A stretch of DNA of 64,000 bases, taken from an uncultured Candidatus Saccharibacteria bacterium (GTDB taxonomy: Bacteria; Patescibacteriota; Minisyncoccia; Phycocordibacterales; UBA918). The notes under the pieces are model-generated. The model searched no databases. It saw only the letters and a list, made by a program, of their open reading frames with translations, and was not told the DNA's origin. Both the position numbers and the translations under genes were made by a program. The stretch lies in NCBI GenBank assembly GCA_964552045.1, contig CAZKFF010000005.1, positions 34,302 to 98,301 of the forward strand. Reading direction: 5' to 3'. Below are positions 26,794 through 35,842 of this stretch, piece by piece. The stretch's first letter is position 1; each line of letters opens with the position of its first letter.

Positions 26794-28767
26794 TTATTCT
26801 AAAATTCCTTTTATACGTCGTACACCCGCTGAAGAAGCCTCTTCCTTTGCAATACGGAAGTGACCGCTTTTGGCTATTTCACTAGTGTTCTCAACATGCG
26901 GACCGCCGCAGAACTCAATGGAGAATGCGTTTTCGAACTGTGGATTCTCTATGGTAGCTCCAACTGGGCCAATTGAATACACCGAAACAACATCCGGGTA
27001 CTTTGCGTTGAACTCGTGCTCCGCGCCGAGTTTCTCCGCTTCTTCCTTTGGAAGCGTCGAACGCAGGACCGGAAGCGATGCGTCGATCTTTTCGTTGACG
27101 ATACGCTCAACTTCAGACTTTTGTTCGTCAGTCATTTTAGCGTCGTGCGAGAAGTCAATACGCAGACGCTCTGCGGTGATATTGCTCCCTTTTTGGTGCA
27201 CATGGTCGCCCAAGACGTGCTGCAGTGCCGCAAGCAAAAGGTGATGTGTGGTATGAAGCCGGGTGGTCTCCTCTGAAGCATCTGCAAGGCCTCCCTTGAA
27301 CTTCTGTTCAGCGCCTGCGCGTGACTTTTCTTTATGCTCTTCCATCAGTGCGGCAAATTTCTTGAGGTCAACATCGAGTCCGCGTTCTTTCGCTATTTCT
27401 ACCGTGAGTTCGATCGGGAAACCGTATGTGGTGAAGAGCTCAAACGCGCGTTGTCCGCTTATGTACTGCTCGGTGTCAGCAGTTTGATCAAGCACCTTCT
27501 TCCCTGTTGCCTCGTCGATATGTGTTGTTGCAAGGATGCGCAGCGATGTCTTGTTGAATTCCCGCAGGCCGTTCGCAAGCGTTCGGCGGAAGTTCTCCTC
27601 CTCCTGCGCGATAGCGTTGGTTATTTCCTCGTGCTTCTCTGCAAGATTACTGTAATGCTCCTTGTAGGTTTCGATCACGCTCGATGCAAGTTCCTTCAGC
27701 GTACCCTCCGTAATGCCGAGCACATCAGCAAAGCGCACGCTGCGACGCAAAAGCCGGCGCACGAAGTAACCTTGTTCGCTGTTTGATGGCATGACTCCAT
27801 CGCCGATCATAAACACCGCCCCGCGGATGTGGTCGGTGATGACGCGGAATGCGACGAGATTGTCCTCGTACTTCTTCCCTGAAAGCTCCTCTATCTGCAC
27901 AACGACATTCCACAGCAGGTCGATCTTGAAGACGTCCGGATCTCCCCCTTTTGCTGCGACGATGCGCTCAAGTCCGCCGCCAAAGTCCACATTTTGCTGC
28001 GGTAGCTTCGCAAATGATCCGTCCTCCTTCTTGATGTATTCGATGAAGACTGAATTGCCGATCTCGAGGAATTGCCCGGAATCGCTATTTGGATGCGGTT
28101 CCTTATCCTTGAACTCCGGATGTGTAGCATATTCCGGTCCAAAGTCATAGAAGACCTCACTGTCCGGACCGCCGATCTCTCCAACCGGCATCTTTGCCGG
28201 TTTGCCGGAGCGGCTCCACCAGTTCTTTGACGCGTCATAGTAGAAGATACGTCCCCCCTGCATGCCGACCTCGTAGCCGTTCTCCTCGCTTCCGATGAAT
28301 ACATCCTTCGCATCAATATTCTTCTCTGCGAAGAGTTCCTTCCATGTTGCAACTGATTCCTCGTCGCGGGGAATGCCGAGTGACTCGTCTCCGGCGAACA
28401 CGGTGACGTAAATGCGCTTTGGGTCCAGTCCGACCTCATCGGTAAGGAATGTGAAGAACTGCCGTAGCTGTTCCTTTTTGAAATAATCGCCCAATGACCA
28501 GTTGCCGAGCATCTCAAAGAAGGTCGTGTGGCGATTGTCCCCCACTTCCTCGATATCCTCGGCCCGAAAGCACTTCTGCGAATCTGTCAGACGGTTGCCC
28601 ATCGGATGCGGTTCTCCCATGAGGTACGGGATCAGGGGCTGCATACCGCTTCCGGTAAAGAGCGTTGTTGGGTCATTCTCAGGGACAAGCGCCGCAGAGG
28701 GTATGACCTCATGGCCATGGTGCTTCATGAACTGCAGATATTTTTCCCGAATTTCGTTTCCACTCAT
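26794..28767 (-). CDS. alaS: Alanyl-tRNA synthetase, short form lacking the C-Ala domain
   Basis: Class II core from MSGNEIREKYLQFMKHHGH, with the editing-domain HxxxH...CxxxH (HTTHHLL...FCGGPHV). About 657 aa from the internal start. Confidence 0.85.
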   Translation of the reverse strand: MSGNEIREKYLQFMKHHGHEVIPSAALVPENDPTTLFTGSGMQPLIPYLMGEPHPMGNRLTDSQKCFRAEDIEEVGDNRHTTFFEMLGNWSLGDYFKKEQLRQFFTFLTDEVGLDPKRIYVTVFAGDESLGIPRDEESVATWKELFAEKNIDAKDVFIGSEENGYEVGMQGGRIFYYDASKNWWSRSGKPAKMPVGEIGGPDSEVFYDFGPEYATHPEFKDKEPHPNSDSGQFLEIGNSVFIEYIKKEDGSFAKLPQQNVDFGGGLERIVAAKGGDPDVFKIDLLWNVVVQIEELSGKKYEDNLVAFRVITDHIRGAVFMIGDGVMPSNSEQGYFVRRLLRRSVRFADVLGITEGTLKELASSVIETYKEHYSNLAEKHEEITNAIAQEEENFRRTLANGLREFNKTSLRILATTHIDEATGKKVLDQTADTEQYISGQRAFELFTTYGFPIELTVEIAKERGLDVDLKKFAALMEEHKEKSRAGAEQKFKGGLADASEETTRLHTTHHLLLAALQHVLGDHVHQKGSNITAERLRIDFSHDAKMTDEQKSEVERIVNEKIDASLPVLRSTLPKEEAEKLGAEHEFNAKYPDVVSVYSIGPVGATIENPQFENAFSIEFCGGPHVENTSEIAKSGHFRIAKEEASSAGVRRIKGILE

Positions 28768-28838
28768 AGATATAAGGCTAAAGTAATCACAGGAATATAG
28801 CAAAAAAAGACGGGTATGGTAAGAGGGTGCCGGGGCTT

Positions 28839-29942
28839 CTAAAAAATCGGCTCCCGGTTTCCTTTTTTGAGGAAGTAGCCCTCGAGTGAATAGCGGTCAT
28901 AGCCATAGAAGAGAAAGGCGATCGGGATGCCAATGAGAATGATATGCGGCCAGACCACTTCGCCAAAGTAAATGAGCGAGAGGAAGAGGAATACGTTTAT
29001 CATAAGAGAGGTGAACCGTATTTCAATGCCAAGGATAAAGAAGATACCGAACAAAAGCTCAATGATCGCCGCACCGAATACGATGAACTCAGGCGCGAAC
29101 GGAAAGACGTTCACGAGATCGAACTGGTTGACTACAGCCAGTGCAAGCTGGTTATGGAAGAACTTCGCATAGACCGACGCGTAAATGAGAGAGAATCCGA
29201 ATGATACACGCATGATGAGGAACGCATATTCGCCGAAAAGCCTGCTCATCTTGTCCCAGAAACGGCGTATGTTGCGAAAGATAGCGTGTTTATAGGTCGT
29301 ATCGAGCGACAACTTGTGACTTCCAACCAGGAGGAGCACCAGAAGCTCACCGAAATAATTGCTGTAGGTAAACATATATGTACCGTACTTCACTACCCCG
29401 AACGCAAAAAAAGAAAGCGCGAGTGTGGCGAAGATACGCGTGCCGATGCCGAATATGAATCCGAGCCCTGTAAGCATGAAGACCACCTGTACCCAGATTT
29501 CCTGTCCAGGGAACATCTCTGAGAATGGAAGCTCCGGTCCAAATAGGGCTCCGAAGTAGCCGCAGGCGGCAAAGCCGAGTCCTGCGACTACACGCGCGAT
29601 GAAGGGCGCATAGTGCTTCATCCTGACCAAGAGCGGGTCGAGTTTCATCCCTAATTTACTGGAGATGGAAATAAAGAAGACGGTGACAATGAGGAAGCAA
29701 ACGATCGAGCCCCAAAAGATCGTCAGATAGGTGTTGTTCTGGAATATCTCCACAAAAGAAAATGGAGCCGCTGCAGTCGCCTGTTCGATAGTTTCTTTGG
29801 AGAGCACATAGACCTCATGCGCATCAGCGACGTACGGAGCAAAAAGAACACAGCCAAGGAGATACAAAACAGAAAAAGCGGAGATATAACGGCTCATACG
29901 CAGCAATGAAATCATTGTCGCGTTATTCACTGGTTTTGACAA
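28839..29942 (-). CDS. Hypothetical polytopic membrane protein (internally duplicated)
   Basis: 367 aa with about 10 TM helices. Overlaps the upstream M16 gene by about 20 nt. Confidence 0.45.
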   Translation of the reverse strand: MSKPVNNATMISLLRMSRYISAFSVLYLLGCVLFAPYVADAHEVYVLSKETIEQATAAAPFSFVEIFQNNTYLTIFWGSIVCFLIVTVFFISISSKLGMKLDPLLVRMKHYAPFIARVVAGLGFAACGYFGALFGPELPFSEMFPGQEIWVQVVFMLTGLGFIFGIGTRIFATLALSFFAFGVVKYGTYMFTYSNYFGELLVLLLVGSHKLSLDTTYKHAIFRNIRRFWDKMSRLFGEYAFLIMRVSFGFSLIYASVYAKFFHNQLALAVVNQFDLVNVFPFAPEFIVFGAAIIELLFGIFFILGIEIRFTSLMINVFLFLSLIYFGEVVWPHIILIGIPIAFLFYGYDRYSLEGYFLKKGNREPIF

Positions 29943-31227
29943 GCCTTGAGAGTGCCTTTATTTCTTTCGATTTTGATGCGACGGGACCAGCTGCGGCAAT
30001 GATGAGCTTCGAAAGATCAAGATGTTTCTTCAGTGCTGCATTGACCTCTGCACGCGTGACTGCAGAAAGCTGCTTTTTATGCTCTGTCATCTGCGCGAGC
30101 GACATACCCTTTATCTGGTATGCATGCACATCAGCGGCAGCTTTCACTGCTGAATCCTGAAGCAAAATCCGGCCAGTTTGCAGGATGGTCAGAAAACGCT
30201 CATATTCGGTCTGGGTAATTCCCTTTTCACGGATGATGCGTATTTCACGCAACGTCGAGGTGATGCCTTGCACGACTTTATCCGGTGCAAAGAAGGTCAT
30301 GATGCGCCAGTAGCCGTACTCAGAGAGCGTCACCGTCTCGGTACGCGCGTAGATGCCATAGGTAAGACCCTCTTTCTCACGAACGGTGCTCATGAGTCTG
30401 CCTGCGAATCCTCCCCATTTCCCAAGCACCTGCAGGCCAAAGACGAATGCGTAGTATTCCCTGCTGTCGATGTACAGCGGCAGCGGTCCGCCAATGCTGA
30501 GCTCGATGTTCTGCTTGCTCGGAATGGAGTGGAGGATGATGCTCCCCTTCTGCACCGTTTTCGGTGCGTGCGGGGTCGTCCGTTTTGTGGCATCCGCAAA
30601 AGTATTGCGCAAAACATCGAGGAACTCAACGCTCTTCTTCTGTGCCTGTGTGTCGGACACGAGTGTATATATCCAGCGGTTTGACAGCGCATTGTCATGG
30701 AATGCATGCAATTCCTTTTTGGTGATCTTCGGCAGTTCCGCAATGATCTCATCAAGCGGAGCTGCGTATCTGCGGTCAGAAGTGCCGTACAAGGAGTTTC
30801 CAAACAGCACCATGGATTGTGCCTTCGCATCTTCCTTCAGCTCATGCAGTTCGTTGGAGACGAGCTGTTTGATGCGCGAAAGCTCATGCGCGGCAAAAGT
30901 TGGTTCGATGAGCATTGCACGGACCAGTGAGAGCACCTTTTGCCGGTGCGTATCAAGTGAAGTGCATGAAATGTTCAGCATACCGTCCTGCATACTGACA
31001 GTGATGTTCGCACCGAGCAGATTGATCGCATCAAGGAACGCCTCACGCGTATACCCATTACAGCCGGCAAGCAGCGCCTTAGAGTATATGAATTCAAGCG
31101 CCTCTGTATGTGCTGAACGCCCCTGTGCATGTGTGTCCATGGAGACAATACAGTGAAACGCACGCTGATCGTCTTTGATTATGCTTATGCCCCGGATATT
31201 CTTCTGTTCTGTTTGCTGGCAGTGCAT
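29923..31227 (-). CDS. M16 (pitrilysin/insulinase) family peptidase, non-catalytic partner subunit
   Basis: M16 fold with no HxxEH motif. Paired with the catalytic M16 gene upstream. Confidence 0.65.
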   Translation of the reverse strand: MHCQQTEQKNIRGISIIKDDQRAFHCIVSMDTHAQGRSAHTEALEFIYSKALLAGCNGYTREAFLDAINLLGANITVSMQDGMLNISCTSLDTHRQKVLSLVRAMLIEPTFAAHELSRIKQLVSNELHELKEDAKAQSMVLFGNSLYGTSDRRYAAPLDEIIAELPKITKKELHAFHDNALSNRWIYTLVSDTQAQKKSVEFLDVLRNTFADATKRTTPHAPKTVQKGSIILHSIPSKQNIELSIGGPLPLYIDSREYYAFVFGLQVLGKWGGFAGRLMSTVREKEGLTYGIYARTETVTLSEYGYWRIMTFFAPDKVVQGITSTLREIRIIREKGITQTEYERFLTILQTGRILLQDSAVKAAADVHAYQIKGMSLAQMTEHKKQLSAVTRAEVNAALKKHLDLSKLIIAAAGPVASKSKEIKALSRLVKTSE

Positions 31228-31228
31228 A

Positions 31229-32542
31229 TTATTGTTTTCCTATGAAATAGCCGATGGTCATCGTGTTGATGTCAAAGAGCTCATGAGCCTTCTGTACGAT
31301 GTCCTTCGCAGAGATATCCTTAATGATTGCCTCGGTGTCGAAGTATTTCTCCCACGCACCTGCTGAGACGTATTCGGTGAGTTCCAATGCGACTGTAAGT
31401 GAACTTTCGCGTCCGACGAGTTCTTCAGTGAGGATCTTCTGCTGTACCTTTTTATAGTGAAGGGCGATGCTTTTCGGTGTCAGCGCCGCAATAGTCTCCA
31501 AAACGAGCTTTTCCATAGCTTCATGACTGATCTTCTTTGAGAGTGTTATATACAGCATTGCCACATTCTTTTCCTGCGTAGGTTCAACCGACATTTCAAT
31601 TTTTGAAGCCAGTCCTGCATCCACAAGTTTGGCGTAGAGGATACTGTCAGGCCCGTCAGTGAGAATTGTGCTTAACAGCATGGTGGTGAACCAGTCTTTG
31701 CCCGGGAAGCCGCCATGTTTCACTCCGAGCGCTACGACATTGGAAACAGCCTGCCGGTGTATCTCTACACGGCGCACTCCCTCCTGTTTCGGTTCGATAA
31801 CCAACGGCGGCTTTGATGCTTCGCCACGTGTTGCAAGCGCCCCGAAAAAGCGGGCGACTTCCTGCAGTGCCTCCGTCTCTGCGATATCACCGACAATGAT
31901 AAGTGTGGCATTGTGCGGATCATAATGTTTTGCGTAGAAAGCATTGAGCGTCTCCACTGTATAACGTTCGATATCCTCACGGAAGCCGATGGTCTCATGA
32001 CCGTACGGATGTGAGTGGAATGCACTCGAAACCATCTCCATGTTGAGTGCAAAATATGGATCGCCGAAATACATATCAAACTCCGAAAGCACGTTGCCAC
32101 GTTCGGGCGTGAATTCCTTGTCTGAAAGCACTACATCATGCATGCGCTCCGCTTCAATCTGCAACGCACGGGGAAAATACTCCTTGGGATAGCTGAAATA
32201 GTACGTCGTGCGGTCTTTCCATGTGGTGGCATTGAGCACACAGCCAGTCTCCCGCTCAAACTGCATCGCGCCTGAATCGACCTTCCGCTTCAGGTCGTGC
32301 GTTGTTGGCTTGAAAAGCATGTGCTCAAGCATGTGCGCAAGGCCGGTTTCTCCCACCCCTTCATTGCGCGCACCGACCCTGTAGGTGATGTTAGTAGTGA
32401 TCACTCCCGTGCCCGCGATCTGCTTGTACAGGACGGTCAGACCGTTCTGCAGCCGGTACTCAGTGATATCGCCATAGGTTTGTATGAACGTGTAGCCTTT
32501 TTTAGAAGCGCTCTTTCTCTTCTTTTGTTCTTTTGACATCAA
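31229..32542 (-). CDS. M16 family zinc peptidase, catalytic subunit
   Basis: Inverted zinc motif HMLEHMLF (HxxEH) plus a downstream Glu. Confidence 0.75.
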   Translation of the reverse strand: MMSKEQKKRKSASKKGYTFIQTYGDITEYRLQNGLTVLYKQIAGTGVITTNITYRVGARNEGVGETGLAHMLEHMLFKPTTHDLKRKVDSGAMQFERETGCVLNATTWKDRTTYYFSYPKEYFPRALQIEAERMHDVVLSDKEFTPERGNVLSEFDMYFGDPYFALNMEMVSSAFHSHPYGHETIGFREDIERYTVETLNAFYAKHYDPHNATLIIVGDIAETEALQEVARFFGALATRGEASKPPLVIEPKQEGVRRVEIHRQAVSNVVALGVKHGGFPGKDWFTTMLLSTILTDGPDSILYAKLVDAGLASKIEMSVEPTQEKNVAMLYITLSKKISHEAMEKLVLETIAALTPKSIALHYKKVQQKILTEELVGRESSLTVALELTEYVSAGAWEKYFDTEAIIKDISAKDIVQKAHELFDINTMTIGYFIGKQ

Positions 32543-33104
32543 TTATGAAATTCTTATATTCTTCAAATACATGGTTGAATTCATGAATGATATCATTTTT
32601 CAAATTTCTGTTCAGCGTATTGCTGATCTCCTGATACATGAGCATTCTGTCTTCTAACGCTCCCTGGAAATCAGCAAGGAACCGGGGATGGTCATCAAAA
32701 TATTCCTCAACAATGGAACGCATGTTGTGTATCTTGTCTGCAGCTGCAATGACCAACGCTTCAGCAGGCGCCCCTTTCAGTTGCTTTGCGTATGCCTGCT
32801 TTCGCTCCTTCCAACTCAGGTTGCGATAGCGTTCATCCTGTGGCTCTGATACGGCTTCAACGAGTTCCCGAACACTGCCGCCGAAGTCCTCCTGCAGCTC
32901 AAGCGCGGTGTAGTCAGTGTCTTCGAGCGTGTCGTGGAGCAGTGCCGCGATGACCACGTCCTCGTTGTCTGTATAGTCAGCAGCAATAAATGCAACGGCA
33001 AACAAATGGCTGATATACGGGATGGGCACCGTGCCTTTGCGGACTTGGTCCTTGTGCAGAATGGTTGCTGCACGGAGCGCCTGTTCTATACGATAGGAGT
33101 ACAT
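32502..33104 (-). CDS. HD-domain (p)ppGpp hydrolase-like protein (small alarmone hydrolase, SpoT/Mesh1-like)
   Basis: PYISHLFAVAFIAADYTDNEDVVIAALLHDTLEDTDYTALELQEDFGGSVRELVEAVSE aligns with the RelA/SpoT HD domain (H...HD...D). 200 aa with no synthetase domain. Confidence 0.7.
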   Translation of the reverse strand: MYSYRIEQALRAATILHKDQVRKGTVPIPYISHLFAVAFIAADYTDNEDVVIAALLHDTLEDTDYTALELQEDFGGSVRELVEAVSEPQDERYRNLSWKERKQAYAKQLKGAPAEALVIAAADKIHNMRSIVEEYFDDHPRFLADFQGALEDRMLMYQEISNTLNRNLKNDIIHEFNHVFEEYKNFIIDVKRTKEEKERF

Positions 33105-33105
33105 A

Positions 33106-33558
33106 TCATATTATTTTTTGTATCTCGGCATAGAGGGAATGCACCTCATTCCCGAGTTGCCGCAGAACCATTTTCTTGGCAGAGATATTCCGTTTGAGCT
33201 CCTCAGCGATGCGCAATGCTCGCTGTGCCTCTGCAACTTCTCTTTCTTCCTCTGGGGTCTTTGGCTTCGAATGCACTATTCGTTCAAGCTCGTAGATCTG
33301 CTGCACTGCAGCTTCTTCCTCACCGATCTGGCGAACAAATTCCTGCACCTGGGACATGAGCATGCTGACTCCCTGTGATTGCAGACGGAAATTGCTGTTG
33401 GATTCCAGCCGTTCAAGATTTCGTTTAAGACTATTGAGATCAACCATAGATAATAAAAACAAGTTACTCTTTTCAGCTCCTACTATACCATGCTCATCCG
33501 TGAGAAGCTCACACCGATACGTCATTTCCGATACAGCGCTTGGAGTTTCTTTCCGCAC
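33106..33558 (-). CDS. Hypothetical coiled-coil protein
   Basis: Heptad-rich and charged (LKRNLERLESN...EEEREVAEAQRALRIAEELKRN). Start is ambiguous among 33558, 33525 and 33447. Its stop sits 2 nt before the HD gene start. Confidence 0.4.
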   Translation of the reverse strand: MRKETPSAVSEMTYRCELLTDEHGIVGAEKSNLFLLSMVDLNSLKRNLERLESNSNFRLQSQGVSMLMSQVQEFVRQIGEEEAAVQQIYELERIVHSKPKTPEEEREVAEAQRALRIAEELKRNISAKKMVLRQLGNEVHSLYAEIQKII

Positions 33559-34331
33559 GCCTCACGGTACGGACAATATTCGCAGCCGTCCCCGGACGGC
33601 GGATATATATCTGAATCAAGGCATTCTTTGATCTTCAAAAGTGTTGGCTCTATCCACGAAGTATCACCTTCGCAGGGTACGAGTGTCGTATCGAACACGA
33701 GCTTGTTGTCGAATTTCTCTTCAGTTCTCAGCGCATTGGCGTAGACGAAATATCCTGTTTTGTGCACATTAAAGCCGTTCTGTTCCAAAAGCCACTGATA
33801 CACACCTATCTGACGGCGGTATTGGCCCTCCCACGCTGAATCCTCCAACGAAATGATCTTGCCGTCCTTTGAGGTCGATTTGTAGTCGACGACGATGAGC
33901 TTACCGCTGCTGTCCTGCCAGACGTCATCAATTGCTCCGCACACGGTAAGTTTGGTACGGTCATGCACATGCGCAATGCCTTCGAAGTTGTCGCGCCACA
34001 CATCCATGTGCTCGTGCTTGAATGGGACCGCATCAATGCCATACTCGTCCATGATCGGGTGTCGTTTTCCTGTTCGGCGATATTCATCGAACTCTTTCTT
34101 AAAAAGTTCATCAACGGCGATGTTGAGATTGAACGACGGCATGCCTGGACGCTTCGTGCCGAGCTTGTTATCGAGGTAGAAGCACCGCGGACATTCAATG
34201 AAAAAATCTATCTTCGAGCGCGAAAGCCGCCATTTAACACCTCCATAGTTCCAGTCTGCTGATCTGTTTGGATTGTATTTCTTCGTATACGTGCTCATGT
34301 AGTGTAGTATACCGCACTCTCCACCGGACAA
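33522..34331 (-). CDS. Cas4-like PD-(D/E)xK nuclease with 4-Cys cluster (DUF83/RecB-like), standalone
   Basis: N-terminal IECPRCFYL (the Cas4 CPR motif), motif II GAIDDV, motif III VVDYKST (D-x-K), a QxxxY (RRQIGVYQ) and C-terminal CEYCPYREAC. No cas genes or CRISPR array in the window. Confidence 0.65.
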   Translation of the reverse strand: MSGGECGILHYMSTYTKKYNPNRSADWNYGGVKWRLSRSKIDFFIECPRCFYLDNKLGTKRPGMPSFNLNIAVDELFKKEFDEYRRTGKRHPIMDEYGIDAVPFKHEHMDVWRDNFEGIAHVHDRTKLTVCGAIDDVWQDSSGKLIVVDYKSTSKDGKIISLEDSAWEGQYRRQIGVYQWLLEQNGFNVHKTGYFVYANALRTEEKFDNKLVFDTTLVPCEGDTSWIEPTLLKIKECLDSDIYPPSGDGCEYCPYREACGKKLQALYRK

Positions 34332-34355
34332 AGAAAAAAGCCTGGGATCAGGCTT
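34327..34355 (-). terminator. Intrinsic terminator after the secreted-protein gene
   Basis: AAAAAAGCCTGGGATCAGGCTTTTTTCTCT: a GC stem plus U-tract, A/T-flanked. Confidence 0.5.
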
Positions 34356-34376
34356 TTTTCTCTGAATGTACGGAAA

Positions 34377-34928
34377 TTATTTCTCGGAAGCGATAAATGT
34401 TCCTGCGATGCCCTCCTGCATCACATCGTTTGCAACATTGAAGATACGGTCGCCGTTTTCGCTGAAGAATACGATCGCGTAGGTGCTGCCGCCCTTCGTA
34501 GCCCGCTGGAGGATGATCTCCTGTGGCACAAGGCCCTGTTCCTTGCTGAACCGTGCTACGCCGAGGATGCCGCCGAGCTGTCCATCAACATAATCGCGGA
34601 CACCGATCCATCCCTCGTCACTTGGAAATGTAGCACTCTCCAACGCGACTGTGCTTCCTGCAGGCTGGTTGGATACCTGTGCTGCCCCGTCGCCTGTCTG
34701 CATGACTGGCTGTGTCTCCTCTACAGGGGTTTCTGTGTCGTCAGTGCTGGTGGCGTCACCCTCTGTGTTGCCGGTATTCTCTTCTGTAGTTGTAGCATTC
34801 TCTTCATCTGCGGTGTTGGTATTTGGTGTCACACCATTGAATACCCATACGAGGAGTCCCCCGATGAGAAGACCCGCTGCAAATGCGACAATAGTCTTCT
34901 GATTTTCTTGCTTCTCTTGTTCTGACAT
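34377..34928 (-). CDS. Hypothetical secreted/membrane-anchored protein with acidic Thr/Glu-rich linker
   Basis: N-terminal TM/signal anchor (IVAFAAGLLIGGLLVWVF), a low-complexity TEENTGNTEGDATSTDDTETP linker, and a C-terminal globular domain. Confidence 0.45.
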   Translation of the reverse strand: MSEQEKQENQKTIVAFAAGLLIGGLLVWVFNGVTPNTNTADEENATTTEENTGNTEGDATSTDDTETPVEETQPVMQTGDGAAQVSNQPAGSTVALESATFPSDEGWIGVRDYVDGQLGGILGVARFSKEQGLVPQEIILQRATKGGSTYAIVFFSENGDRIFNVANDVMQEGIAGTFIASEK

Positions 34929-34949
34929 ACAATAACTCTGAATATGCTT

Positions 34950-34990
34950 ATATACGGAAATTATAACACAGCAGAAATTGACACAAGCCT
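34950..34990 (-). promoter_or_regulatory. Candidate sigma70-type promoter with extended -10 (TGTTATAAT)
   Basis: Minus-strand TTGTGT-15nt-TGtTATAAT lies about 30 nt upstream of the 34928 start codon. Confidence 0.25.
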
Positions 34991-35005
34991 TGACAATTAA
35001 GGCTT

Positions 35006-35842
35006 TTATAGACGCGTGCTGCAGAGCTTTCCGGCCTCTTCGAGTACAATATCCATTCTTTTCTGGCTGATATGCGCATGGCGAAGAAGATGTGGTTTAG
35101 CTATCAGGTCGCTGCAGACGATCACTCCCCTGTCGATCAGCGCACGTTTCTGCGACTGGCTCAAGCTCTGTAACACGGTGATTGGATATAGTCCGCTCGT
35201 CTGTATACGGTCATGTAGATTGTTCTCTTTGGGATAATCCCATGACAAGAGCTTCAATCCGCTGCATTCTGCATATTTCTCCGCTGTGGTGGTGAATTTG
35301 GTATTCGTCACCACCAAAAGCTCCGTGATGTCACACACCGCATCATTGCAGATACGCGTATGCTGCAGATCATAGAGACGGGCAAAGGAATACAATGTCA
35401 CCTGAAGGTCGGATTTGATGCCTGGATGCGCATGAAACTTTGCTTCAGCGACAAAACTATGGTCATCTTTGTATGCCGCCACATCGAGCTCATGCTCAGC
35501 GCATTTCCCCTGGAGGATGACCCGTGTTTTTGTCGTATAGCCCTCGTGCGCGAATAGCCGGGCGAGGAAATCCTCGAATGGAAAACCGGTCGGGCCAAGA
35601 TTGAATAAAGCTCTGCGAAGCGAGTAGCGCGCAGCAACGATGGTCTCACTGTTGCGCAATAGTTCAAACGCATGGCGGTATATTTCCTGAGTACCAATGC
35701 CGTCGTGCAGCACGGCTTCAACTTGCGCAACGATCGAAGTGATCTCTTCTTGCGTCGCTCCTGAACGCTGCAGTGAGTTTTTCAGCTTTTGTACATCAAA
35801 CGGCTCAATAGTTCCGTCAGTCTTCACGACATTAAATGACAT
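35006..35842 (-). CDS. ATP-cone domain fused to Mrr-like restriction endonuclease (PD-(D/E)xK) domain
   Basis: The N-terminus MSFNVVKTDGTIEPFDVQKLKNSL...EEITSIVAQVEAVL is an ATP-cone as in NrdR. The C-terminal part has ELDVAAY...FVAEAK (D...EAK), an Mrr-cat-like motif. Its start overlaps the mnmA stop in TGATG. Confidence 0.62.
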   Translation of the reverse strand: MSFNVVKTDGTIEPFDVQKLKNSLQRSGATQEEITSIVAQVEAVLHDGIGTQEIYRHAFELLRNSETIVAARYSLRRALFNLGPTGFPFEDFLARLFAHEGYTTKTRVILQGKCAEHELDVAAYKDDHSFVAEAKFHAHPGIKSDLQVTLYSFARLYDLQHTRICNDAVCDITELLVVTNTKFTTTAEKYAECSGLKLLSWDYPKENNLHDRIQTSGLYPITVLQSLSQSQKRALIDRGVIVCSDLIAKPHLLRHAHISQKRMDIVLEEAGKLCSTRL